A stretch of 52,709 nt of DNA from a virus (IMGVR_UViG_3300035687_000009:1-52709), one strand, 5' to 3'. Positions 28,644 through 38,383 are shown, numbered from the stretch's first letter. Numbers and translations: made by a program. The notes: generated by a model not told the origin, from the letters alone.

Positions 28644-29033
28644 TTGAAGCAAATCTTAGTGAAGGTCCGAAACATCTCAAAGGATGACCACGGGCAACAA
28701 ATCGAAGGTGTATCAGGCATTGAAACAATTATTACGTACAAAGCCTACCGTTACACACAAGAACAATTTGAATTACTGTATCAGTGCGATGAGAGTGGTA
28801 AGCAGGTAGTCGATCAAAACGGCAATGCAAACCCAAACTTAGAAGCCCAGCACCAGGCGATAGCAAAAATAAAAAATGCCGCACCTGTGGTTAATTCTGG
28901 GCCAGTCGTCACCGAAACAAAAATGCAGGATAACCCTGATGTTCATCCGGAAACCGTAACCGGTACTCATACGCCGGCACCTCAAAAAAGGGGGCCTAAA
29001 AGAAAAGTTGAACTTCAAGAACACACTGCATGA
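28644..29033 (+). CDS. Hypothetical head-operon protein
   Basis: TTG start; ATGA overlap with the scaffold gene; KRGPKRK tail. Confidence 0.65.
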   Translation: MKQILVKVRNISKDDHGQQIEGVSGIETIITYKAYRYTQEQFELLYQCDESGKQVVDQNGNANPNLEAQHQAIAKIKNAAPVVNSGPVVTETKMQDNPDVHPETVTGTHTPAPQKRGPKRKVELQEHTA

Positions 29034-29908
29034 AAGGTAAAGCATTCTTAGAAAAAATAAATAAACAGGGCAAGATCAACAATGAAGACTTTAATAAAGT
29101 CCTTGAAACATTCCCTGATATCGAACTTCCGGACGTTTGGGTTAATCTGTTTGAAGAGAATTTCCTGACCAGGGAAAGGGCTACTGCAGATTTCGAGATC
29201 ACCAAAAGGATCAAAGCTGAAAGCTTAAACGGTGTTGATGAAAAATTGAAAGGTGTTATCGCCTTGCTTGATGCAAAGGATAAAGAAGAAGTTGAAAAGG
29301 AAGTGAACACTTATAAAAAAGTGGAGCTGCTTCACTCAGCAATACCCAGGCTGCTGGAAAAGGTGAAGGGAAATAATCCCACAACTGACGAAAAAGTTAA
29401 GGAGCTTGAAAAAACCAACCAGGAACTGGTTGAAAAAATCAAAATCATTAACACCGAATCAGAAAACAAAGTAAAGAGTGTGCAGAAAGAGTTTGACGAA
29501 AAGGAAAGAGGTATGAAAGTAGATTGGACTCTCGATAAGGAGTTATTGAAATACACCTTCGCAGACGAATTCACCGGAATCAAAGAGGCTATTCTAAAAG
29601 GTATACTATCAGACGTCAAAGGAAAAAATACTTTGGCGTTGGATGACAAAGGGCAAATCCTGGTACAAGAAATTGTTAACGGTGCGCCAAAACAAAAATT
29701 TAACGGTAACGATCCAGTTACAATAGACAGCCTGCTCGCTGAGCCATTAAAACCATTCCTCAAAAAAAATAACAAGGAAGGTGATGGATCTCAGCAACAA
29801 CAGCAGCAAACGCGTACCCGTACGCACCAGGCGACAGACACTATCGACCCAGGGAAGGCAACACTTTCTGAGAGGCGAAAGTTGGCAGCGCAAAACGCTA
29901 CAGTCTAA
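29030..29908 (+). CDS. Capsid scaffolding protein
   Basis: E/K-rich coiled coil with low-complexity C-terminal linker, directly before the capsid gene. Confidence 0.7.
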   Translation: MKGKAFLEKINKQGKINNEDFNKVLETFPDIELPDVWVNLFEENFLTRERATADFEITKRIKAESLNGVDEKLKGVIALLDAKDKEEVEKEVNTYKKVELLHSAIPRLLEKVKGNNPTTDEKVKELEKTNQELVEKIKIINTESENKVKSVQKEFDEKERGMKVDWTLDKELLKYTFADEFTGIKEAILKGILSDVKGKNTLALDDKGQILVQEIVNGAPKQKFNGNDPVTIDSLLAEPLKPFLKKNNKEGDGSQQQQQQTRTRTHQATDTIDPGKATLSERRKLAAQNATV

Positions 29909-29921
29909 TTTCTAAATTATT

Positions 29922-31037
29922 ATGCCAGCATCGGCCTTCGATCATAATATCGCAGGGGCTTGTGAGAATATTCGCAAAGAAGCGGAAGATCTCTCAGGTT
30001 CTAATTACGCAATGGATTTAACCCGCTCTAATGGAGCGCTTGACTTCATTACCGATCCATCTAACGGTGGAGTTGAATCCGAATTAATCACACCAGCAGG
30101 AGAAAATGGAGCGAAACTTACAACGCTTAAAGTTCTCTATGATCAGCCTACCAGGGCTTGTCAGGCTTCCACAAGTTTGGACACTAATATTTGTAACGAC
30201 ACTGCTACAACGCCAACACGTAAGCAGTTTTTCAAAACCATCGGTAAGAAAATTTCTTCACCGGCTCGTTATTTTTCAAATAATGACCTGGTTATCCTGT
30301 GTCAGGGTTCAAAAGAATTTATTCAAAACCGATTGAAAAGTGATCTCAGGGCAACGAAAGAACTTTGGAATGAGGTTCTGCTCGCAGAACTGAACGCCAT
30401 GAAAGGTAAGATCTACCATTGGGATGGAACTGAAACATTATCCGGTAGCGGCAAATCTCTGCAGCTCCTCAGAACCGAGAACGGACATGATCTTCCTCAG
30501 CCAGGTAACTTCATCACGATTGCTCAGGACTTCACTAACATGAAGCTTAGCGGCGTTCCGGCGCTTATCGGTGATGGTTATTTTGACCGTTACATCCGTC
30601 TTAATCAACTTGCATGTTGTAATGCATCTACTCCTTATGCGGATGCGGTGAGTAATGCCGGGGTGGCATATTATTACGACCACAAGGCCAGTGATATTCT
30701 GGGCGCGAACAAAACAATTGTAATCCCTTACGGGATTATCCACCTGTTGACATTCAACCAAAATCAGAACATTGCCGATCTATTGGGTAATAACGGAAAT
30801 GTAGGCAGTGAATTTCATATGGTTATTCCTGATCCGGATTATCCTGGATTGAAGTGGAACTTTGATATGAAATGGGATTGCACTACGCTGCGTTGGAAAT
30901 ATATGTACTCAGTGCATTGGGATGTGTTCAACGTTTACCAGGCTGACAGTTTTGCTTCCGACAGCGGAACACCTGATTGTTCAGATGATAACGTTGGTAT
31001 TACCGGAGTATTCCAGTATAATATCACTCGCGGTTAA
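29922..31037 (+). CDS. Major capsid protein
   Basis: 371 aa after the scaffold and before head-completion genes; assigned from synteny and size. Confidence 0.7.
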   Translation: MPASAFDHNIAGACENIRKEAEDLSGSNYAMDLTRSNGALDFITDPSNGGVESELITPAGENGAKLTTLKVLYDQPTRACQASTSLDTNICNDTATTPTRKQFFKTIGKKISSPARYFSNNDLVILCQGSKEFIQNRLKSDLRATKELWNEVLLAELNAMKGKIYHWDGTETLSGSGKSLQLLRTENGHDLPQPGNFITIAQDFTNMKLSGVPALIGDGYFDRYIRLNQLACCNASTPYADAVSNAGVAYYYDHKASDILGANKTIVIPYGIIHLLTFNQNQNIADLLGNNGNVGSEFHMVIPDPDYPGLKWNFDMKWDCTTLRWKYMYSVHWDVFNVYQADSFASDSGTPDCSDDNVGITGVFQYNITRG

Positions 31038-31040
31038 TCT

Positions 31041-32000
31041 GTGAGTTGCTTCGACAACTATATCACTATTTCGGAACCAACTGCCGAAAGCAGGTCAGGG
31101 CTATACGCTACTGACCTGCCCGGCATTGACCGGGATATGCTGGATGGGGTTGCGCGAAGCGTTTCAGAAGATGCTGATGATATCTGGGCGACAATTTACA
31201 AGCGGGCAAAACGGAATTTAGTCTCCGACGTTTCCAAACAGATCCTTAATAAATTCCATGCTAATCTAAAACTTGTCACCAGGGAAACATCCGCATTTAA
31301 AGCCGACAACAATTCATCTACAGGTTTATCGGGACTGACCATAGAGTTTAAACTCCCGAAATACGCGAAGCTCCATATTTTATCTATAAATGTTTTTAGC
31401 GCAGCGGCCTATTCGTCTGCTGGTATATTCAAGATTTACGAAACTGACGAATCCGGAGAATTACTTGATACTATCACCACTGCAATAGCAATAGGGCGTA
31501 ACGTCATTAATGTAGATACCGATTATGAGGTGGACAAAATATTTATCTCGTATGATCCGGCGGTTTATACTTTTAGGGAAACAGAAAACAAGTATTTCGA
31601 ATCACATAATTATTTAGCCTTTGATAATGTCGTTTGTAATGAGTGCTTTTATGGAGATACTGATTTTACAGCCTCGGTAGTTCATGTTAATGGTGGAGGG
31701 ATAAATGTAAAGTTTTTGATTTACTGCTCACTTGAAAAATACGTCTGTGAAAATCTTAAACTTTTTGAGGACGCACTGCTCTATAAAATTGGCCATGAGA
31801 TTACGGTGGAGAGGCGCTTGGGAGAGAGGCTGAATAAATGGGCGGTTATGACACAAGAGAGATGGGCAGAGCTTGAGGCATTCTACAAGGCGCAATACGA
31901 AACAAACCTTATGAATGTTATCGATGGCTGCAACATCCCTGAAGATGATATCTGCTTTGCTTGCAGGAATACTGTGAGAACTGAAACAATTCTACCTTAA
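31041..32000 (+). CDS. Putative head-tail adaptor
   Basis: Follows the capsid gene; helical termini around a beta insert; GTG start. Confidence 0.5.
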   Translation: MSCFDNYITISEPTAESRSGLYATDLPGIDRDMLDGVARSVSEDADDIWATIYKRAKRNLVSDVSKQILNKFHANLKLVTRETSAFKADNNSSTGLSGLTIEFKLPKYAKLHILSINVFSAAAYSSAGIFKIYETDESGELLDTITTAIAIGRNVINVDTDYEVDKIFISYDPAVYTFRETENKYFESHNYLAFDNVVCNECFYGDTDFTASVVHVNGGGINVKFLIYCSLEKYVCENLKLFEDALLYKIGHEITVERRLGERLNKWAVMTQERWAELEAFYKAQYETNLMNVIDGCNIPEDDICFACRNTVRTETILP

Positions 32001-32005
32001 AAAAT

Positions 32006-32053
32006 ATGGCTTGTAATTGCGGTAGCAAAAAAAGAAAGAAACGTGGCAAATGA
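32006..32053 (+). CDS. 15-aa Cys/basic micro-ORF MACNCGSKKRKKRGK
   Basis: ATG after an A-rich leader; overlaps the GTG start of 32043. Confidence 0.45.
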   Translation: MACNCGSKKRKKRGK

Positions 32054-32525
32054 GTTCACCGATCTAATCACCAAAATAAATAACGCTGTACGTTCCGATA
32101 GGAACCTTAGAATTTCCTTGTCCAATACTTTGGCCGTTCACAAGCCACGGATTTTTCAACAAGGCTTTGATGCTAAAGGGCAAAAGATCGGCGTATACTC
32201 AACAAAACCAATATCAATTTCAAAAACAAGCCAAGCCAGAAATACAGGAAAAACATATTTCAAGGGCGGGTACGCTGAATATAAAAGAGCTGTTGGTAAA
32301 AATCCTGGATTCGTAAATCTGCGCAACACCGATCAAATGATGATGGACTATGTAATTATAGGTTCTAACCTGAATTATGGTTTTGGGTTTCAAAATCCTG
32401 AGAACGCCAATAAGTCGGGATGGGTTGAGCAGCACTTCGGACTTAAAAACATTTTTGATATCAGTAAGAACGAGGAGAACATACTGGCAGATTCTTTGGT
32501 CGATCAACTTATAAAAAGCCTATGA
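32043..32525 (+). CDS. Putative neck/tail completion protein
   Basis: RIFQQG, VNLRNTDQM motifs; synteny. Confidence 0.55.
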   Translation: MANEFTDLITKINNAVRSDRNLRISLSNTLAVHKPRIFQQGFDAKGQKIGVYSTKPISISKTSQARNTGKTYFKGGYAEYKRAVGKNPGFVNLRNTDQMMMDYVIIGSNLNYGFGFQNPENANKSGWVEQHFGLKNIFDISKNEENILADSLVDQLIKSL

Positions 32526-33067
32526 CTGAAATCATAACAGCTATAGACGCATGGACCGCAAATAGGTATGCTTATACCAAAAAACTATACGGGTTTTCTG
32601 AGCTTGTGAAAAAATCATCAAGCGAAGGGAAGGAGGACATTTTCCCTATGACCATACCCGGGAATCCATCAAGCAGAAGGGAGAAGGTTTCACTCGATGA
32701 CAGGTATACTTTTATAACCTGGATCCGGTGGGCACAGCCAGCAACATATTCAGCAAGTGAAGATTGGAGCTTTGGAAAATCTGAAGCAAGGATCGGTGAG
32801 ATCCCATTGCGATTAATACTTGCTCATAAAACAATATTAGGCGAGGATGTGGTATTTGATTTTATCAACGCCTTTCCTTCAAAATTTACAGTATCCGGTT
32901 TTCAGTTTGTGTTCATAAACGGCAGCCCTTCAATTGATCCGGACCATGATACAATAATGCAAACAGAATTAAACGGTACTAATTACGAGAAACATCGGTT
33001 CGACTGGAATGTATACGTGTTGAACATTAATATACAGTTTTTGGAGTGTCTGGAGTTGACACCTTAG
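32522..33067 (+). CDS. Putative tail terminator/completion protein
   Basis: Synteny; ATGA overlap. Confidence 0.45.
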   Translation: MTEIITAIDAWTANRYAYTKKLYGFSELVKKSSSEGKEDIFPMTIPGNPSSRREKVSLDDRYTFITWIRWAQPATYSASEDWSFGKSEARIGEIPLRLILAHKTILGEDVVFDFINAFPSKFTVSGFQFVFINGSPSIDPDHDTIMQTELNGTNYEKHRFDWNVYVLNINIQFLECLELTP

Positions 33068-33068
33068 T

Positions 33069-34455
33069 TATGGCGAGAAGATGCGGACCAACAAAACCAT
33101 GTGGGATGCAGGGTGGATTATTAAATCCATTCTTTCAGAACGGAATTGATATCGCTGGCATAACGGGGTTATCTAGTAGTCAGGGAGTAGAAACTCTGCG
33201 ATATGCCCTTTTAGTTCAAGCGTCTGATTTAGGGGAAGGGGTATTATCATTTAATAATGCTGCGGCTCCTAATGGGGCAATGGTGGCGGACAGAAGATTA
33301 GGTGGTATTGGTTCGTATGTTGAATTTATAGTACCAACTACAGTGGGCAACGGCAGTGGTATACCGCTTTGTTTAACAACCTCTGATGATGCGAATTACA
33401 CATGGTCAACAGGGGCAGGCACTTTTTTATTATCGTGTTATTACGTTGCTGGGAACTCCTATTTCTATACTGAAAACGGTTCATCTAGTGGTATCACACT
33501 ATCAACACTGCCTGTTGCGGGTGATATTATCCGGCTCGAAAAAGTTTCCTTAACACAGATAGCGATTAAGAGAAGCAACGGTGGTTCATTCACAACACTA
33601 GTTACCAGAACTGTACTCACAGACTTCCCTAATCCATTCGTTAAAGCAATGCACGTGTTAGCTCCTGCTGCTAATAGGTCACTAACCGTGAGGGGTTACG
33701 GACTGCGAAGTCGATTACTTTCCGTTACTGGGGGGCAAATGCCGTTAATCGTATTTACGGGGGAAAGTAACTCAGGCGGACGAGCCTTAAACTCTGTGGC
33801 ATCACCCGCAGAGCGTGCTGAACGCAGTTCAGTTAAGATACTAAACAACACTAGTCTTACTTTCGAAAACCTTGATATCGGCACAAATAACCTCTTAGGC
33901 CACGCAGGGATTACACCTGCAGCAGAACATAGCTGGGAGTTGCAGTTAGCAAGGCGTGTGGAAGCAAGTGATTTTGGAATTCCACTAGTATATATTGTTA
34001 AAACAGGCCAAGGTGGAACTAAGATAGTGGATTGGGCGGATGGAGCTACTTCATATTTATCAACAAACTGTTGGCAGTTACTTAAAGATCGTGTCGATGC
34101 GGCACTTGCTTTATTACAGGCGGCGCAGCCTTTACCTGTTCAAATTTATATTTTCTATAGCCAGGGGATAAATGATCATGTTGCGGGGACAGATATAACC
34201 ACATGGAAGACTAACACTATTGCGCATCTTGCTAAGATACGGACACGCTACGGATCAACAGTGAAAATTGTGATGACAAAATTCCCATCCGCAACATTCT
34301 CATCTTATAATACAGCTATTGACGAAATCACAGCTTCCGATCAATACACCTTTTCATCGCCTACAGAAGACCCTCCATTTAGTAGTAATCATTGGACTTA
34401 TAATGGGCAAAAACTAGTAGCTGATAGATTGATTGATAAGGCGTTTAACTATTAA
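33069..34455 (+). CDS. Beta-sandwich + SGNH sialate O-acetylesterase (SASA-like) protein, probably virion-associated
   Basis: FTGESNSGG (block I), KTGQGGT (II), YSQGIND (III), SNHWTYNGQ (V). Start uncertain: track ORF starts at GTG 33046, in-frame ATG (MARRCG) near 33070. Confidence 0.75.
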
Positions 34456-34578
34456 AAAAATAAAAGAGGCCGCATAGAAAGATATAATCATCAAAAATGA
34501 AGGGTGAGTTACCCATACTGATAATAATTATTTGCACAGTGTTAACATTATACACGCATCACAGAAGAAGAAAGAAAC

Positions 34579-34818
34579 ATGAGCGCACAGGAAGACGATA
34601 AGTTGGATCAGATTCTTACTCACGTTGAAAAGTTATCCCGGGGAATGTACGGGGATCCTGATAACGGTGTACACGGGCTGATTAGAGAAAACATGGATAG
34701 GGAAATCAGATTAAAAGCTGTTGAGGACAACCAGAAGAAAGTTAAATACTGGATAGCCGGGTTTTCAATAGCCATTCCATCTATTATACTTTTTATAAAA
34801 CAAAAGTTGGGGTTATAA
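34579..34818 (+). CDS. Holin-like protein (coiled coil + C-terminal TM)
   Basis: YGDPDNGVHGL, RLKAVE, single TM; precedes the lysin. Confidence 0.55.
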   Translation: MSAQEDDKLDQILTHVEKLSRGMYGDPDNGVHGLIRENMDREIRLKAVEDNQKKVKYWIAGFSIAIPSIILFIKQKLGL

Positions 34819-34822
34819 ACAA

Positions 34823-35248
34823 ATGAGGATCGAAATAAAAAGAGATTACCTGGAAGCTGAAACCCTCGGAGTACTGACCGTCTATGATGAGAATAACGAA
34901 GTGGCATTCACATGCAAAACGCTGGAGCTGCCATGGAGAGACAATCAGAAAAGAATCAGCTGCATCCCTGAGGATGAATACCTGGTCGTTAAGCGTAAGG
35001 CGCACGAACTACGCAAGTATGATCACTTCCACATCAAAGATGTTCCTAACCGTGAATGGATATTAATCCACATCGGAAATAAAGTGAGTCATATTTTAGG
35101 TTGCATCCTGGTTGGTGATAAGTTCGCTCACCTCGATGATGATGGCAATCTGGATGTAGTCAATTCAACGACTACTTTGAAAATGTTATTCGCTATTATG
35201 CCAGATAAGTTCAAGCTTAGAATATTCAGCAATGAAGTGAATGTATGA
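34823..35248 (+). CDS. DUF5675-family endolysin (L,D-transpeptidase-like)
   Basis: TLELPWRDNQKRISCIP, ILIHIGN, LGCILVG. Confidence 0.85.
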   Translation: MRIEIKRDYLEAETLGVLTVYDENNEVAFTCKTLELPWRDNQKRISCIPEDEYLVVKRKAHELRKYDHFHIKDVPNREWILIHIGNKVSHILGCILVGDKFAHLDDDGNLDVVNSTTTLKMLFAIMPDKFKLRIFSNEVNV

Positions 35249-35604
35249 AAGCCTTAATCCTCATATTGCTTTTTATCTTACCTCAAAAGAGTGATCAATT
35301 CTTAATTACTCAAAGATGTGGAACAAAGTGTGAGAACTTCAAAGCTACCATAGCCATTACTCCGCATAATGTTTTCTTCTCAGCAAAAGGAAAACCTACA
35401 TGGACGCTGGATGTATGTAGAACAGTATATGATAAGAACAGAGAATTTCATTTCCTTCAGAAGGATACAGTTATAAACAGTGACACATTAAAAGTCTATC
35501 GCGGAGCCGTGATAGTTATTCCTGATCAGAAGATAATTGTACTGGAATTAAGGACGGCTACAAAATATTATTACTCAGCTTACACTTACAATAAAAGACA
35601 ATGA
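35245..35604 (+). CDS. Hypothetical exported protein
   Basis: N-terminal hydrophobic signal; ATGA overlaps. Confidence 0.6.
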   Translation: MKALILILLFILPQKSDQFLITQRCGTKCENFKATIAITPHNVFFSAKGKPTWTLDVCRTVYDKNREFHFLQKDTVINSDTLKVYRGAVIVIPDQKIIVLELRTATKYYYSAYTYNKRQ

Positions 35605-35822
35605 CACGAATAGTTAAACTTTGGTATCGCACAGCTTTTTGGGCACGGGTTGAGAAAAGTTTCCTTTACATCGGATCTGCTGTAACCGGGACTTTGGTGC
35701 TTACTGATGCCGATAAGATTTGGACGCTGATTGTAATAGGATCAACCATTATCGGAGGTATGGTCGGCTTCTGGTTCAATGATGAAAATAAGAATGGTGT
35801 GGCCGATATTTTTGAAGAATGA
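35601..35822 (+). CDS. Two-TM holin-like protein
   Basis: Two hydrophobic helices and a charged C-terminus. Confidence 0.55.
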   Translation: MTRIVKLWYRTAFWARVEKSFLYIGSAVTGTLVLTDADKIWTLIVIGSTIIGGMVGFWFNDENKNGVADIFEE

Positions 35823-35946
35823 GAAAAATCAATAAAAAGAAATCTCAACATGCGGCAAAGAGCTTCGCTAAAAAGTTAGTGGAAAATCAGCGCGATATAG
35901 ATCCTGAGATTTCAAAGATTGTTCAAAAACGCTTTTGGGATATGCT

Positions 35947-36426
35947 ATGAAAAATAAAGAATCAGAAGGCTTCCGTGCTCTTGGTGATATAAGCCTATGG
36001 CAGTGGATATTAATATTGATCCTCGTGTGGTGTGTGATGAGCTGCAGTGCTAATTATAATCTTAAACGAATGAAGTATCATGAACGAATGGCCATCGCTA
36101 AAGGTGCCGTGATCATTCATGACACAGTGTTCGTTGAAAAAGTGGTAACTGTTCCGGAAGTAAAAACCGATACCGTATTTGAGTCCATTGAAGGCGATAC
36201 TGTATTCATATCAAAGGACCGGCTGAAAATAAAGTACATTAACCTCCCGGGTGATTCAGTGTTCATCCAGGGTAAATGCGAAAGTGATACTGTGATCATC
36301 AAGGTTCCGGTAACGATAACAAAAGAAATAACGGCTCCAAAAGGATTCAAAGATTACTTACCCTGGATACTTGTGGTGTTAACTATTGGGGCAGCGACTT
36401 ACTTTCTTAGGAGTTTCAAAAAGTGA
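35947..36426 (+). CDS. Unimolecular spanin-like lipoprotein
   Basis: Lipobox VMSC, beta-rich DTV repeats, C-terminal TM LPWILVVLTIGAATYFL + RSFKK; last lysis gene. Confidence 0.65.
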   Translation: MKNKESEGFRALGDISLWQWILILILVWCVMSCSANYNLKRMKYHERMAIAKGAVIIHDTVFVEKVVTVPEVKTDTVFESIEGDTVFISKDRLKIKYINLPGDSVFIQGKCESDTVIIKVPVTITKEITAPKGFKDYLPWILVVLTIGAATYFLRSFKK

Positions 36427-36443
36427 AGCTTGGCTGTTTGCGG

Positions 36444-36743
36444 TTACTCTTTTCTTTTCCTTAATCCTTTCGCCTCACGATACTTATTAATGATACTCCA
36501 CTTGGATCGCCCAATCTTTGCGGCCATTTCATCAATAGTATACCTTTTTGTGCCGTAATTTTTCAGGATAAAATTTTCATCGTGACGACTCCATTGCCAA
36601 CTCTTTTTTAAAAGCTTTAACTTTGATCCCCACATACGAATCGTGCTCTCCTTGACTAAATATTTTTTTGCTAGTTCTGAATTATTAGTTGTAGGAAATA
36701 GCTTTTTAAATTCCTTTTGGTCAATTGATTTGAAGTTTGTCAT
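36444..36743 (-). CDS. Tandem HTH/Myb-like DNA-binding protein
   Basis: NSELAKKYLVKESTIR and WSRHDENFI...IDEMAAKIGRSKWSI. Confidence 0.7.
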   Translation of the reverse strand: MTNFKSIDQKEFKKLFPTTNNSELAKKYLVKESTIRMWGSKLKLLKKSWQWSRHDENFILKNYGTKRYTIDEMAAKIGRSKWSIINKYREAKGLRKRKE

Positions 36744-36746
36744 TTT

Positions 36747-37361
36747 TTAGTTACTTGTTATTCTATTTAACCGCGCTATAGCCAACTCGTTATAGTCAGG
36801 TACATTAGCGTAAGGCTCAAGCATGTGTTCTCCTTTATGCACATTTTTGATATAATCAAATCCTAGATCATTAAGTTCAACAAAATTTCTAGGAGCATTC
36901 TCTTGTGTGCCTTCGAATGCAACAACAAATTGCCTATTTCGATGGGCTAATTTACCAAACCTGTTAATCGCAATTCTAACCTCACGCCATTCGGTATAAT
37001 ATCCTTTAACTGGCTGATTGGATAATTGGGCATTATGAATTTCAATTTCAATCTTCTCGATCTGATTTTCGATTGGTTGTGCATCTGATTTACCATTTGC
37101 AATAAGCCTTGCGTATCTGACATATTTTTGTAAATTCCCCTCAACCTCTCGAGATTGAGACTCGCACCATGCAGATGGTTGTGATGGGCAATCAGTATAG
37201 CAATTCACGCGGAAATTATCAATGTCAATATATATAGTCTGTTTACACTTTTTTGTGTTGTGACCATAACCATTAACATAAAGCCGATTGCCCTTCTTGG
37301 TCCAAAGAGTGACATTCAAATACTTACCTAATTTTTCGGTGATTTTTTCGATTGTGTTCAT
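36747..37361 (-). CDS. Hypothetical early protein
   Basis: ATG (MNTIEK) downstream of the promoter at 37389-37419; LWTKKGNRLYVN motif. Confidence 0.75.
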   Translation of the reverse strand: MNTIEKITEKLGKYLNVTLWTKKGNRLYVNGYGHNTKKCKQTIYIDIDNFRVNCYTDCPSQPSAWCESQSREVEGNLQKYVRYARLIANGKSDAQPIENQIEKIEIEIHNAQLSNQPVKGYYTEWREVRIAINRFGKLAHRNRQFVVAFEGTQENAPRNFVELNDLGFDYIKNVHKGEHMLEPYANVPDYNELAIARLNRITSN

Positions 37362-37388
37362 AAAAACTTTATTTTTAATACGCTTATG

Positions 37389-37434
37389 TAAATATAAAAG
37401 CAAATCACAATATTACAAAGCAAATCACAATATT
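37389..37434 (-). promoter_or_regulatory. Promoter overlapped by an 18-bp direct repeat
   Basis: AAAGCAAATCACAATATT at 37397-37414 and 37417-37434; minus-strand TTTG-N19-TATATTTA. Confidence 0.7.
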
Positions 37435-37467
37435 TATTTTACCTGCTTTTTAGGCTTTAATTTGGGC

Positions 37468-37650
37468 CTATTCCAATAGAATATCTTTCTGCTCCTTCTG
37501 TATATCAGAAAATATCTTCTTCAATATTTTCTTATCGAAGAGCCGGATCATTCGGAAGCGGTTATAGGCATCATCTTTTGAAAGGGTTTCTCCCTTCTCT
37601 TCAAAGTACCTCCTGGCTATCTCTGATCTATTGTAAGCTGGATGGATCAT
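37468..37650 (-). CDS. Small putative DNA-binding protein
   Basis: NRSEIARRYF; overlaps the previous gene. Confidence 0.55.
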   Translation of the reverse strand: MIHPAYNRSEIARRYFEEKGETLSKDDAYNRFRMIRLFDKKILKKIFSDIQKEQKDILLE

Positions 37651-37874
37651 AATTCTGGATTTGCTGGGTTATCGGATCTTACCTCCTTCATTGATAGGGC
37701 TTCTATTACATTGATCGTGCACCCACTATGTTCTATTGGATAACCTTTGGCTTTTTCAATCTCGAAAAATTCTTTCGATGAAATGTCAAGCGGGTTCTCT
37801 CCGTGCATGAGCATAGCGGGAGCTGAGGTGTACGCCCATTTGTTGGTGCCTTTTGTCAGTATATATATCTTCAT
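37647..37874 (-). CDS. Hypothetical protein
   Basis: ATGA-coupled. Confidence 0.65.
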   Translation of the reverse strand: MKIYILTKGTNKWAYTSAPAMLMHGENPLDISSKEFFEIEKAKGYPIEHSGCTINVIEALSMKEVRSDNPANPEL

Positions 37875-38383
37875 AGTAGTATCATTGATGTGCTATTAAT
37901 CATTTCAGTGGTTGATAGACGATTCGAAATAACAGCGATCTCATTATCCACTTGCTGAAAATTCTTGTAGGACTTGATTTGATCTTTCAAAGTGTGGCGT
38001 AATTTGTCCGCAATATTATTCTCAATACCTATCAACCGCATTGCCTCTAATACATTAGTGTCCGCATTGATTAGGTATAAGGTAATTGCATTAGCTTTTT
38101 GACTAAGCCAGATATTAATTTCGTTTTCTTGCACCTTGAAAATACTAACCGACAAATCGAAGTTCCAATTCTTATACGGAAAATCTATAATGAAAAATGG
38201 AATGTCTGATTTGACGTATACCCCATAACGCAGCGGTTCCTTTCGCCACACTATTACTGTCTCTGGATCCGGATCTTTGATGTAATACAATACATCAAAG
38301 AAGGCTTCGTTCACTGAGGCTCTACACTCCTCAATACCCTTCGCGTTGCTGATAGGAAATTGCTTACCCGTTTCGTGTATCAT
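37871..38383 (-). CDS. Hypothetical protein
   Basis: ATGA-coupled 170-aa ORF. Confidence 0.75.
   Translation of the reverse strand: MIHETGKQFPISNAKGIEECRASVNEAFFDVLYYIKDPDPETVIVWRKEPLRYGVYVKSDIPFFIIDFPYKNWNFDLSVSIFKVQENEINIWLSQKANAITLYLINADTNVLEAMRLIGIENNIADKLRHTLKDQIKSYKNFQQVDNEIAVISNRLSTTEMINSTSMILL

Noticed and set aside
5369-36426. Stop-codon reassignment
   Set aside because: Core genes are full length and densely packed under the standard code
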